Positions 29,111 through 38,597 of a stretch of DNA of 64,000 bases are shown one piece after another; positions within the stretch are counted from its first letter, which is position 1, and the number at the start of each line of letters is the position of its first letter. The notes beneath the pieces are model-generated. The model had not been told where the DNA came from, did no database searches, and saw nothing but the letters and a program-made list of their open reading frames with translations. This DNA is from Candidatus Daviesbacteria bacterium (GTDB lineage Bacteria > Patescibacteriota > Microgenomatia > Daviesbacterales > UBA10151). The position numbers and the translations under genes are program-made. Location of the stretch: positions 34,884-98,883 of the forward strand of contig JAUYKM010000018.1 in NCBI GenBank assembly GCA_030699125.1, in the 5' to 3' direction.

Positions 29111-30889
29111 TTATGATTTCAAAATACTCAAAAATGCCTCCTGGGGGATTTCGACTCTACCAATCATTTTCATCTTTTTCTTTCCCTTTTTCTGCTTCTC
29201 AAGCAGCTTATCTTTTCTGGTTCTATCCCCTCCATATAGCTTGGCTGTGACATCTTTTCTAAATGGTGAGATGGTTTCTCTGGCAATAATATTTCCTCCA
29301 ATTACTGCCTGAATTGCTATGGCAAAATTTTGCCTGGGCAACACTTCCTTTAATTTTTCCACCATTTTTCTTCCAAAACTTTCCGCCTTTTCCCGAACCA
29401 CAATGGTGGAAAGTGCATCCACTTTTTCTCCTGCCACCAAAATATCTAACCTTACTGCTTCCACCTCTCTATATTCTAAAAATTCCCAATCTAGCGAGGC
29501 GAAACCAGAGGAAACTGATTTTAGCCGATCATAAAAATTGGTAATCATCTCAGAAAGCGGCATTTCATACTTAAGTTCCACTTGAGTACCAAAATATTGA
29601 GTATTGATAAACTTCCCCCGTCTTTCTGTTACCAAATCCATTACATTACCAATAAAATTTTGTGGAATAAAAATTTTTAAAGATACCCAGGGTTCCTTAA
29701 CATTTTTCATAAGTGAGGGGTCAATTTCAGAAGGATTATGAATTAGCTTTCCCTCAATCTCATATTCCACTGAAGGGATAGTGGCAATCAAATCTACTCC
29801 CGCCTCAGTTGATAATCTTTCTTGGACAACCTCTGCATGCAGAAGACCCAAAAATCCACACCTAAAACCATTTCCTAAAGCCTGAGATGATTCCAACTCA
29901 TAAGATAAAGAGGGATCATTTAGTCTAAATTTTTCCAAAGCCTCTTTGGCTTCAATGTATGAATCCTGCTCGATGGGAAAAAGTCCTACATAAACCATAG
30001 GTTTTACCTCTTTGTACCCTGGAAGAGGTTCAACATCCAACTCAGTAGAAATAGTATCTCCTACTCTCACCTTATCCGAATCTTTTATACCAGTAGCAAT
30101 ATAGCCAATATCTCCTGCATAAAGTCCGTCATTTAAAGTTAGCTCCGGCGCAAAAAAACCAGTTTCTAAGATATGTCCCTCAGCCTTATTTTGCAGAAAA
30201 CAAATTTTTGCGTTAACTGGTGGCGTTTGACCTTCCATAATTCTCACCTGGGCAATCACTCCCTTAAAAGGATCGAAAAAACTGTCAAAGATTAATGCTT
30301 TCAATGGACACCCTTGGGGTGTATTTGTATTGACACCTGCGGATTTTGGGGCTGGGATACGCTCAATAATGGCTTTCAATAATTCCTCCACACCTTTTCC
30401 TGTTTTTCCAGATACAAGTAAAATCTCATCTTTATTAAACCCAAATGTTTCTATTAGTTGTTTTTTTGTGGATTCAATATCTGCATTTGGTAGATCAATT
30501 TTATTAATAACAGGAATTAAAGTCAGATTCTGCTCCAGTGCAGCCAGACCATGAGCTAAAGTCTGAGCCTGAATCCCCTGAGTCGCATCTACCAAAAGTG
30601 TGGCTCCCTCAACTGCTGCCAAAGCCCGAGATACTTCATACGAAAAATCCACATGGCCCGGGGTATCAATTAAGTTTAGGGTGTAGGGTATAGCGTCTAG
30701 GGTATAGCTAAGGCGCACTGGCGCGAGCTTAATGGTAATTCCCCGCTCCCGCTCCAATGCTAGAGAGTCCAGAAGCTGCGGCTTCAGTTTTTCCTTGGGG
30801 ATAGTGCCGGTAATTTCCAGCAGTCTGTCTGCCAGAGTGGATTTACCGTGATCAATGTGGGCAATGATGGAAAAATTGCGAATGTTCAT
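29111..30889 (-). CDS. lepA: Elongation factor 4 (LepA)
   Basis: IRNFSIIAHIDHGKSTLADR, GFRCGFLGLLH, RKDVTAKLYGGD. Confidence 0.98.
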   Translation of the reverse strand: MNIRNFSIIAHIDHGKSTLADRLLEITGTIPKEKLKPQLLDSLALERERGITIKLAPVRLSYTLDAIPYTLNLIDTPGHVDFSYEVSRALAAVEGATLLVDATQGIQAQTLAHGLAALEQNLTLIPVINKIDLPNADIESTKKQLIETFGFNKDEILLVSGKTGKGVEELLKAIIERIPAPKSAGVNTNTPQGCPLKALIFDSFFDPFKGVIAQVRIMEGQTPPVNAKICFLQNKAEGHILETGFFAPELTLNDGLYAGDIGYIATGIKDSDKVRVGDTISTELDVEPLPGYKEVKPMVYVGLFPIEQDSYIEAKEALEKFRLNDPSLSYELESSQALGNGFRCGFLGLLHAEVVQERLSTEAGVDLIATIPSVEYEIEGKLIHNPSEIDPSLMKNVKEPWVSLKIFIPQNFIGNVMDLVTERRGKFINTQYFGTQVELKYEMPLSEMITNFYDRLKSVSSGFASLDWEFLEYREVEAVRLDILVAGEKVDALSTIVVREKAESFGRKMVEKLKEVLPRQNFAIAIQAVIGGNIIARETISPFRKDVTAKLYGGDRTRKDKLLEKQKKGKKKMKMIGRVEIPQEAFLSILKS

Positions 30890-30924
30890 GGGAGTATTGT
30901 AGCCAAAATATACTAGCCAAGCAA

Positions 30925-32565
30925 TCAGACAGGAGGATGTTCTGAAGTAATCATCTCTTCTGACTTTAGTTTGGACTGGAATCTGCCTAATTTTTTAATC
31001 AGATCTACATAAGTTGTTAGCTCTTTAACTTTCATAAACCAGACCAAAATTACATAAACTGATATGGCAAAAGTGGCAGATATGCCGGTTAAAATAATCA
31101 GGTTAACAGTCCGGGTGGTATCAAAAATCACCTGGTCCAAAAGTTTGATGGGAATATATAAAGCTACGCCCATGATAATTGTGGCCATCATCATCTTCCC
31201 AAAAGGACCGAAAGCCTGACCTAGATTAAAACCGCCTACTTTAAAATGTAACATTATAAAAAGCAATGTCCCTGATAAAATACTGGCGATTGAAAAAGCC
31301 AAACCCAAACCCCAGACATCCAAATTAAGTACCCGGATAAACAAAAAGCTTAAAAATATATTGACCAAAACTACTATTAGAGAGATCAGGACCGGAGTCC
31401 TAGTATCTTTAAAGGCATAAAAAGCCCTCACCAGTAGCAAAGATATAGCCTGGGCACCCAGGCCGATGGAAAGAAAAGCCAGAGTTCTGCCTGTCAAAAC
31501 TGTAGCTTCCCAGTCAAATTGGGATGCTCCGAAGATTAATCTGACTGAAGGGATTCTTAAAACAATAAGGATGGCAGTTGAAGGTAGGACCAAAAATAAA
31601 ATCTGATGTAAGGTAGTTAAAAGAGTGGTTTTAAACTCCTCAATTCTGCCCCTGGCCCGCTCATAAGATAAAACTGGCATGGCAGCTTGAGCTATGGTGG
31701 CACCGAAAAGAGAGATGGGCACCAGCTGCAAGTGCTGAGCAAAAGTTAAATAAGTAACAGATGATGTAGAGATGAGTGATGCTAAAGCTATTGCCACCCT
31801 TTCGTTAATCTGTTCTGCTGCCAAACCAATAGTTCTTACACTCATCAACTTAATAATCTCCCGCAACCCTGAATGAATAAAACCACCAATCAATTCTACT
31901 TTGAATCCCAGAGATAAAACCAAAGGTAGTTGAATTAAGACGTGTAAGATTCCTCCAATGATTACACCAAACGCTGCTCCCATAATTCCCAAAGAATTAG
32001 ATAGAAGCAAAATCCCAATAATAATACCTATATTATAGAAAACCCCTGCCAAAGCCGGGATGATAAATCTTTGAAATGATTGCAAAATACCGATAAAGAG
32101 CGAGCCAAAGGAGAGAATAATTTGACCTATCAAAATAACTCTGGTTAAACTGGCTACTTGCAATTTTTGTTCTTGAGAAAAACCCGGCACAATTAAATTT
32201 GTTAAAGGTTCTACAAAAATATAGATCACAATGGCAACCAAGATTAAAATCAGCAGCATCAAATTAAATACCGAACTTGACAACCTAAAAGCTTCGCTCT
32301 TACCACCTTTCTCCAAAGTTTCTGTAAAGATAGGGATAAAGGCCACAGAGAGAGCGCCAAAAATAAAAATATGGAAAATCAAATCAGGTAAGCCAAAAGC
32401 GGCAAAAAAGATAGCCACAGTATCCGGCGGAAAAATGTGAGCCAGTAATCTGTCTCTAACTAGACCCAATATCTTTGATAAAATTACCGTGGCCATAATA
32501 ATGGTAGCACCGGATAAAATGGAGGTTTGTCTGGTAGATAAAATAGACAGAATATTTTTAACCAT
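30925..32565 (-). CDS. murJ: Lipid II flippase MurJ (MviN)
   Basis: SKILGLVRD, GALSVAFIP, RAFYAFKDTRTP; multi-pass membrane protein. Confidence 0.95.
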   Translation of the reverse strand: MVKNILSILSTRQTSILSGATIIMATVILSKILGLVRDRLLAHIFPPDTVAIFFAAFGLPDLIFHIFIFGALSVAFIPIFTETLEKGGKSEAFRLSSSVFNLMLLILILVAIVIYIFVEPLTNLIVPGFSQEQKLQVASLTRVILIGQIILSFGSLFIGILQSFQRFIIPALAGVFYNIGIIIGILLLSNSLGIMGAAFGVIIGGILHVLIQLPLVLSLGFKVELIGGFIHSGLREIIKLMSVRTIGLAAEQINERVAIALASLISTSSVTYLTFAQHLQLVPISLFGATIAQAAMPVLSYERARGRIEEFKTTLLTTLHQILFLVLPSTAILIVLRIPSVRLIFGASQFDWEATVLTGRTLAFLSIGLGAQAISLLLVRAFYAFKDTRTPVLISLIVVLVNIFLSFLFIRVLNLDVWGLGLAFSIASILSGTLLFIMLHFKVGGFNLGQAFGPFGKMMMATIIMGVALYIPIKLLDQVIFDTTRTVNLIILTGISATFAISVYVILVWFMKVKELTTYVDLIKKLGRFQSKLKSEEMITSEHPPV

Positions 32566-32626
32566 GATTTAATATAGTAGCACTCAATCTTGCACAAGAA
32601 TAGAGGCTTATGTTAATATACCCACC

Positions 32627-32920
32627 ATGCCTATTATTAAATCAGCCATTAAAAAGGTTCGAAAAGATAAAATAAGAACTGCCCGCAATAAAAAACGGGA
32701 GGATACCCTAAAAGATCTTATCAAAAAGGTGAGAAAGTCTAAATCTGCTAAGGACCTGCAAGCTGTTTATTCAGCCTTAGATAAGGCAGCTAAAGTTAAA
32801 TTAATTCATCGAAACCGTGCTGCCAGACTAAAATCCAGATTGTCCAAAGGTGTTAAAGAAACTATCGCAATAAAGAGTCAACTTAAATCGCCTAAAAAAG
32901 TAGCCAAAAAGAAAGCCTAA
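32627..32920 (+). CDS. rpsT: 30S ribosomal protein S20
   Basis: MPIIKSAIKK...LDKAAKVKLIHRNRAARLKSRL. Confidence 0.97.
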   Translation: MPIIKSAIKKVRKDKIRTARNKKREDTLKDLIKKVRKSKSAKDLQAVYSALDKAAKVKLIHRNRAARLKSRLSKGVKETIAIKSQLKSPKKVAKKKA

Positions 32921-32921
32921 T

Positions 32922-32949
32922 TTTCCCCTTTTCCCTTTACCCTTTTCCC
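32922..32949. repeat. Heptamer tandem (TTTTCCC)x4, degenerate
   Basis: TTTCCCC-TTTTCCC-TTTACCC-TTTTCCC between rpsT and the pilN-like gene. Confidence 0.55.
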
Positions 32950-32964
32950 TGGTAGAATATTCAT

Positions 32965-33549
32965 ATGGCTACCAAAAATACTCCTAAATTGATTCTTAAT
33001 CTTGATCTTCTAAAACCTCAATCTTCTCCTTTGAAACTTCCTGTCAAATTACTAAAATGGTCACTTTCAACCGGCAGATATATTTTTATTGTGGTTGAAG
33101 GAATGGTACTAGTTGCCTTTATCACCAGATTTTTCTTGGACGCTCAACTGATAGATAAGACTGAAAAAATTGATCAACAAGTCCAGTTTATCAAATCTAA
33201 AACTTCCGATGAGATTTTAATCCGCCAAACTCAGATGAAACTCTCTACCATTAATGCTTTTTATAAAGACTTAGTGGATTATCCTCTGATTCTAAAAAAT
33301 ATCGCTGATCAAACGCCATTAAATGTCTCCATCTCTAACATCTTCATGGAAAAAGTAACCGGCAAAGTTAATATTTCAATCAGCGCCCAAGCTCAATCAA
33401 ACAATGATGTCTCATCCTTTGTGACGGGCTTAAGAGAATCCCAATTTTTTTCCGATGTCAGAGTAACTGGAGTTAATTTGGAACAAAATATCATCCGCTT
33501 TACTGTTACTGCACAATCACAAAACTTAGGAGAAGGAATAAGTCTATGA
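32965..33549 (+). CDS. PilN-like type IV pilus alignment protein
   Basis: NLDLL motif, TM, coiled coil, TP..VSI...A.S..DVSSFV..L..S.FFSDV ferredoxin-like domain. Confidence 0.75.
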   Translation: MATKNTPKLILNLDLLKPQSSPLKLPVKLLKWSLSTGRYIFIVVEGMVLVAFITRFFLDAQLIDKTEKIDQQVQFIKSKTSDEILIRQTQMKLSTINAFYKDLVDYPLILKNIADQTPLNVSISNIFMEKVTGKVNISISAQAQSNNDVSSFVTGLRESQFFSDVRVTGVNLEQNIIRFTVTAQSQNLGEGISL

Positions 33550-34160
33550 AAGAAACCTCGTCAACCCGTTATTCCAGATATTTTACCTATATTAGACCAA
33601 TAATAAGAATTCCTCTGGTTAAAAATTATGGGTCAATTATTTTTACCCTAACAGTGATCATTATTTTTATCTTTTTTGCCATCAAACCAACTGTAGAGAC
33701 AATTTTAGTTTTACAAAAAAAGTTGGAAAATGCCAACCAAGTCCTGGAACAACTTGAGGAAAAAAGTCACAATCTGGCTTTGGGAAAGCAAAATCTTGAT
33801 GGATTGGATCCACAAATAAAAACCAAAATATCCGCCTTTATTCCCGATACTGTCAGCTTAAGGACTATTATTCAAACACTCGAGCAAACTTCCCTCTCCC
33901 AAAATGCCTCAGTTTCAGCCTTACAGATCCAACCTCTTATGATACAACCTAAAAATAGTGAAGCGTTAGGAGAAATGACTGAAATTAGCTTTACTTTTAA
34001 TACAGAAGGTGGCTACTTAAATCTCTCTTCTATCTTGCAGCAAATTTTAAGAAGCAGCAACCGCCTATTTCCCATAAATAGTGTCAATGTTAGAAAAATT
34101 GATGATGCATCATCAACACTTTTGATGTCTGTTGTGGGTAAATCTTATTACATTAAATGA
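33546..34160 (+). CDS. PilO-like type IV pilus alignment protein
   Basis: TM FFAIKPT, coiled coil, IP.., G.Y.NL...L...RL; coupled to pilN-like gene. Confidence 0.75.
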   Translation: MKETSSTRYSRYFTYIRPIIRIPLVKNYGSIIFTLTVIIIFIFFAIKPTVETILVLQKKLENANQVLEQLEEKSHNLALGKQNLDGLDPQIKTKISAFIPDTVSLRTIIQTLEQTSLSQNASVSALQIQPLMIQPKNSEALGEMTEISFTFNTEGGYLNLSSILQQILRSSNRLFPINSVNVRKIDDASSTLLMSVVGKSYYIK

Positions 34161-34171
34161 GGAATTAAAGA

Positions 34172-34348
34172 ATGAATAAAAGGGAATGGTTAATTGCAGC
34201 TGTTTTAACATTTATTACCATAATTTCTTGGGTGGTGTTTGATATTATCCATACTCAACAAGAAGTAGAGATCCCCTCCCAGGTTCAAGAGGTATTAGAG
34301 CCGCTGGATCCCAATTTTAACACTCAAGTGTTAAAATCATTACCATGA
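34172..34348 (+). CDS. 58-aa single-TM protein (occupies the pilP position)
   Basis: MNKREWLIAAVLTFITIISWVVFDIIH...LEPLDPNFNTQVLKSLP*; ATGA overlap with next gene; missing from ORF track. Confidence 0.7.
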   Translation: MNKREWLIAAVLTFITIISWVVFDIIHTQQEVEIPSQVQEVLEPLDPNFNTQVLKSLP

Positions 34349-35292
34349 CTCATTTTTTTGATAAGTTTAAGATCCCCACGCTACTTGGGTTGGGTATTCT
34401 TTTATCAGGGATAATTGCCGGAGTATTACTGACTTTAAACCAGCAAGTTTTTTTGACCAGAGCCACTCCCCAAATTGAACCAAAAAATATTACACTTTCA
34501 AATATTTCTGAAACCGGACTCACCATTTCTTGGGAAACATCTTCTGAAATAATATCATCCATCTCTTTCGGTCAAAACTCCCCTCAAGAAAAATTTGTCT
34601 CAGATGATCAGGATTTTGAAGGCCCCACTCTTCATCAAATCCATTATGTTAGTCTGAAGAACCTTTTTCCCAAAACGATCTATAAATATCAGATTACTTC
34701 CTCTAGTTTCAAATCAAAGGTAAGTGAATTCAAAACAGCTTCTCCCGCTTCTTCTCAAACAGGTTTTGGACCTATCATTGGTACTGTTTTGGATGGTGAA
34801 TCACCGCTTAGTGAGGGCGTTGTTTATTTAACTATTCCGCAGGCCAATATCCAATCATCTCTCATTAAAGAGTTTGGCAGTTTTTTAATTCCCCTAAATT
34901 CTATTCGTACAACTAACTTAGCTGATATCTATAATTTAACTGAGGAAACTGTGGCTAAAATTAAGGTAGTTTCACCCAAAGGAGAAGCTAGCGCCACTTT
35001 TAAATTGAGCCTTGCGGGCGTGCAACTTCCCCCTATGAAATTAGGTGAGAATTTAGATCTGATCATTATGCCAGAAATAAAACCTGAAGAAGCTTCTCCA
35101 TCAGCACAAGAGTTAATCCAATATGATTTAAATGATGACGGCAAAATTAATGCCGCAGATAATGCAGTTATTTTAAATAATTTTGGAAATCCGCCAGCTG
35201 GCGGACCTAAAGAAAAAAGAGCAGATTTAAATCAAGATGGAATTGTTGATGAAAAAGATCTTACTTTAATGAGTAAACAAATTAACCAGTAA
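34345..35292 (+). CDS. Membrane-anchored FN3-like domain protein with C-terminal dockerin-like Ca-binding repeats
   Basis: TM; SNIS...TISWET...H.V.LKNL.P.T.Y.Y; DLNDDGKINAAD and ADLNQDGIVDEKD. Confidence 0.75.
   Translation: MTHFFDKFKIPTLLGLGILLSGIIAGVLLTLNQQVFLTRATPQIEPKNITLSNISETGLTISWETSSEIISSISFGQNSPQEKFVSDDQDFEGPTLHQIHYVSLKNLFPKTIYKYQITSSSFKSKVSEFKTASPASSQTGFGPIIGTVLDGESPLSEGVVYLTIPQANIQSSLIKEFGSFLIPLNSIRTTNLADIYNLTEETVAKIKVVSPKGEASATFKLSLAGVQLPPMKLGENLDLIIMPEIKPEEASPSAQELIQYDLNDDGKINAADNAVILNNFGNPPAGGPKEKRADLNQDGIVDEKDLTLMSKQINQ
35190..35205. repeat. Palindrome TCCGCCAGCTGGCGGA in-frame between the dockerin repeats (NPPAGG)
   Basis: Identical to 23012-23027. Confidence 0.85.
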
Positions 35293-35922
35293 AAATTCTG
35301 CCTGGTCTTTTTCTAGGAGTCCGCTTTTGATCTTAAAATCTATCTCTATAATTTTTTTATATAAATTTTTAATTTTTTCCAGATCAAATTTTTTCTTTTG
35401 TCTTTCCAGTTTTTCTTTCACAAATTGCGGAGCATTTTTTGGGGTTACTACTAAATTTCTTAATAAATAAAAAATCATGGTGATAAAATATTGAATTTCA
35501 AAGCCTGAGGATTTCAATCTATCTATATCCAGAAATGCTTTTTTATTACCTTCTGCTAAAGAATCCAGAAAAGGAAAAACAGATACCTCTCTTGCTTCCT
35601 CAAAAAACTCAATCTCTCCTTTTTTTTTCACCCATTCCATGATCGGCTTTTTAAAAGAGACTTCATGATCAAACCAAAAAATTAGTTGGTAGTTGGTAGT
35701 TGGTAGTTGGTAGTTGGGCAAAAAATCTTCTGGTGGATTTTCTAAGATGATCAGTTTCTCTTCCGAAAATAATAGATTGGTCATGAGAGCTGCATTAATA
35801 CTTTCTAAATCTGCCTCTTTTTCAAAAATCACCACATTATTGGAATCAAAATCTTTTTTAATATTAACTAACCTAGTTCTTGATGCATCAATTGCCGGGC
35901 CGTGGAGAAGATGGCTCTTCAT
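35266..35922 (-). CDS. holA: DNA polymerase III delta subunit-like (HolA, reduced)
   Basis: LLHG...NLLFSEEKLIILEN...VFPFLDSL...IEIDFKIKSG pattern. Confidence 0.65.
   Translation of the reverse strand: MKSHLLHGPAIDASRTRLVNIKKDFDSNNVVIFEKEADLESINAALMTNLLFSEEKLIILENPPEDFLPNYQLPTTNYQLIFWFDHEVSFKKPIMEWVKKKGEIEFFEEAREVSVFPFLDSLAEGNKKAFLDIDRLKSSGFEIQYFITMIFYLLRNLVVTPKNAPQFVKEKLERQKKKFDLEKIKNLYKKIIEIDFKIKSGLLEKDQAEFLLVNLFTH
35683..35717. repeat. Perfect heptamer tandem (TAGTTGG)x5 inside holA-like gene
   Basis: Encodes PNYQLPTTNYQL; same unit CTACCAA at 45232-45285. Confidence 0.9.
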
Positions 35923-37123
35923 TTTTTTCCTCCTCTTCTAAAATCTTTTTAATATAGTCATGAATAATGGTAAAATCATCATCTTCAGATACTAACACAT
36001 AAGAGCCCCCATAATTTTGTGATGGAGGGTTAATTAGCAATCGGCTCCTATCCTCAGGTAAACCTTCCCTTTTAGAATCATCCAGAACAATGGTCTGAGT
36101 CTGGGCCAGTTTTTTAGATAATTTAAAAAATTCCACACCAACTCTTACTGAAATATCCGTATCAATACTTTTACCCAAAGTGTCAATTAATTCCCCGATT
36201 TTTTTCGGGTCGGATAAAGTCTCTAGAGAAAGCACTTTGTTGCGGATGGCTTGGATAATTTTTTCCTGTCTCTTTGATCTGGCAAAATCCGACCCCTCAC
36301 CGCCGCTGCCGTGTCTGGATCTAACAAATTTTAAGGCTGTTTCTCCATCCATATTTTGTTTCCCCTCATCAAAATGGATGTGTTCATAGCGGCAAGAAAA
36401 ATATTTATAACCTTTATCTTCCTGGGCCGAATCAGTGGCTATTTCACCCTCTTCTGATATAAAAACTTTCATCTTTCCCGGCTCAATATTAAGCTTTTCA
36501 GCTTCTTCTTCTGTGAACTCTCTTTCTTCTTCCGTATATCCACACAGGTCGTTTTCCTTTCCCTCAATAGGATAGAGATAATCATCAAAGCTTCTTTCCA
36601 CCTCCACATCAATGCCACCCAGAATATCTATGGCCTCAATAAAACCCTTAAAATCAACTCTTAACCCATAATGTATAGGCAAACCAACAACATTACCCAT
36701 AACAGTTTTAGTCAGTCCCAAACCATCTCCTTCACCTATACCAATCTGATAAATTGTATTCGCTTTGGAGGAAAAAGAGGGTAACCATAAATCTCTGGGA
36801 ATAGAGATGATATACAAATTATTATTTTCCAAATTATAGGAAGCCACCAATATGGTATCTGTGAGAGTTGCCCCGTCGTGTCTTCCTCCGGCCATACCCA
36901 AAAGTAAAACATTGACTCGATCATCATCAGATTTAAAAGGGCTCAAATTAAATATATATGTGATAACGGATGAGGAGGACGAGCCTCCAGTTAAAAAAAT
37001 GGCCAAGGCAATAAGCAGTGCCAAAACAATAAAAATGGGGGTAATCTTTTTGATAATCCTTTTTATTTTTTTAACCCGAAAGGGATTATCTAGCTCTCTT
37101 TTTTGTAAAATAATTCTCTTCAC
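35888..37123 (-). CDS. LytR-CpsA-Psr (LCP) family glycan ligase
   Basis: NVLLLG, LTDTILVAS, SIPRDLW, ALKFVRSRH, SDFARSKRQ. Confidence 0.93.
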   Translation of the reverse strand: MKRIILQKRELDNPFRVKKIKRIIKKITPIFIVLALLIALAIFLTGGSSSSSVITYIFNLSPFKSDDDRVNVLLLGMAGGRHDGATLTDTILVASYNLENNNLYIISIPRDLWLPSFSSKANTIYQIGIGEGDGLGLTKTVMGNVVGLPIHYGLRVDFKGFIEAIDILGGIDVEVERSFDDYLYPIEGKENDLCGYTEEEREFTEEEAEKLNIEPGKMKVFISEEGEIATDSAQEDKGYKYFSCRYEHIHFDEGKQNMDGETALKFVRSRHGSGGEGSDFARSKRQEKIIQAIRNKVLSLETLSDPKKIGELIDTLGKSIDTDISVRVGVEFFKLSKKLAQTQTIVLDDSKREGLPEDRSRLLINPPSQNYGGSYVLVSEDDDFTIIHDYIKKILEEEEKNEEPSSPRPGN

Positions 37124-37797
37124 AGTGAAGTTATAATCTTAACAAATTCCTCTGCATTTAAGGAAGCCCTACCTATTAACGACCCTGAGATGTTTTCCAT
37201 ATCAATAAAGGATTTGATGTTTTCCGAAGTGACACTTCCTCCGTATAATACTTCTACATCTTCTCCATATAAACTTTTTATCCCCCGCGCTACAACCTCT
37301 GCATTATCAGGAGTATCAGGATTACCTGTTCCAATGGCAAAGACTGGCTCGTAAGCTACGAGTTTACAACCATCCGATACAAGAGTATCCGAACCCTGAA
37401 CACAAACTAGAGGGGTGATGTTATTTTCTACAGCACGCTTCACTTTTTGTGCCACTATCTCATCTGTTTCAGTAAAATTTTCCCTTCTTTCAGAATGACC
37501 GATGATGGAGAGGCTTACCAGATCTTTTAAAAGAGGCGCCGCCTCCTCACCGGTATATGCTCCCACATTATATGGGGACAGATCTTGTGATCCCACTACC
37601 AGAGGGTAATTGCCCACTGCCACTGCCTTTTTAACTTCGGAAAGAGCAGAAAATGCTGGACAAACTACCACCTTTAATCCGTCAGCTGACGGATCTATTT
37701 TGGGAATCTTTGGCCCTACATATGAAACCCAATCTAAAGCCTCTCTTATAGTTTTATTGCTCTTCCAGTTCGCGATCACCCAGAGATTCTTATTCAT
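37120..37797 (-). CDS. tpiA: Triosephosphate isomerase
   Basis: ANWKSN, GAYTGE, IGHSERR, AYEPVFAIGTG, LYGGSV. Confidence 0.96.
   Translation of the reverse strand: MNKNLWVIANWKSNKTIREALDWVSYVGPKIPKIDPSADGLKVVVCPAFSALSEVKKAVAVGNYPLVVGSQDLSPYNVGAYTGEEAAPLLKDLVSLSIIGHSERRENFTETDEIVAQKVKRAVENNITPLVCVQGSDTLVSDGCKLVAYEPVFAIGTGNPDTPDNAEVVARGIKSLYGEDVEVLYGGSVTSENIKSFIDMENISGSLIGRASLNAEEFVKIITSL
37677..37694. repeat. Perfect 18-bp palindrome ATCCGTCAGCTGACGGAT in-frame in tpiA (DPSADG)
   Basis: Variant of the dnaK palindrome with a compensatory C-G to T-A pair change. Confidence 0.8.
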
Positions 37798-37806
37798 AGT
37801 TTTACG

Positions 37807-37882
37807 TTTTTGACGAAGTCAAAAAGGCAAGGTTCTTCGAAGCGAGCAGTATAATATTTCATACTGCGAGCGAGAAGGTCCT
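37807..37882. repeat. Intergenic structured REP-like element
   Basis: TTTTTGAC-GAA-GTCAAAAA hairpin then GCAGTAT-N8-ATACTGC hairpin with GCGAGC direct repeats. Confidence 0.55.
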
Positions 37883-37918
37883 TATTTGATTTCTAATTGG
37901 CAATAATCCAAATATTTT

Positions 37919-38257
37919 TCATTTTCCCCACCAACCGTACTTATCCAAGTCTATCATGAAATCTGATGACACCTCAATTCCTTCTTGTTCTAAGAGCGCT
38001 TTTTGTAAAGCTTTCATATGTTCCGGACATTTGGTGGAAATGAATCCATCTTTGTTAATAATTCTTTGCCAAGGTAGATTATATTTATCACTGTTAAAGT
38101 GTAGAATCCCTCCTACCAATCTTCCACCCCTGGGCAATCCAGCTAAAGTAGCCACAGTACCATAGGTGGTAACCCGACCATTAGAAATTTTTTTAACTAT
38201 TTGAATAACTTTATATTTGAAATTTCGTCTAGAGGACGATTGGCCTCTGGCCAACAT
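37919..38257 (-). CDS. Alkyltransferase-like protein (ATL, MGMT family)
   Basis: GRVTTYGTVA, R.VG, LPWQRII (Trp at the catalytic Cys position), LLEQEGI; start moved to ATG 38257 after the trxA stop. Confidence 0.88.
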   Translation of the reverse strand: MLARGQSSSRRNFKYKVIQIVKKISNGRVTTYGTVATLAGLPRGGRLVGGILHFNSDKYNLPWQRIINKDGFISTKCPEHMKALQKALLEQEGIEVSSDFMIDLDKYGWWGK

Positions 38258-38258
38258 A

Positions 38259-38519
38259 TTAACCATTGAGAAGTTCAAGAAGCTCTTGCTTTGCTGTAAC
38301 TCCAATTTTTCTACCTACTTCTTTATCATCCTTCATAATAATATACGTAGGAATGCTCATCACTCCAAATTTTTGAGCTTCCTGGGGTTTCTCATCCACG
38401 TTAATTTCCTCAACCTCTATCTTAGAACCTAATTCTTTTTTAATTTCCTCCAAAACCGGTGCCATCACCCGGCAAGGTCCGCACCACTCAGCCCAAAAGT
38501 CCAACAGTTTAACTGCCAT
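38259..38519 (-). CDS. trxA: Thioredoxin
   Basis: DFWAEWCGPC, MSIPT. Confidence 0.95.
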   Translation of the reverse strand: MAVKLLDFWAEWCGPCRVMAPVLEEIKKELGSKIEVEEINVDEKPQEAQKFGVMSIPTYIIMKDDKEVGRKIGVTAKQELLELLNG

Positions 38520-38597
38520 AGCAGTTTATATTAACAACCCTTTTAAAAATTGTCTAGAGGAAAATTAGTTTCCTGATTGCTCTTGACGGCGAAGTTG

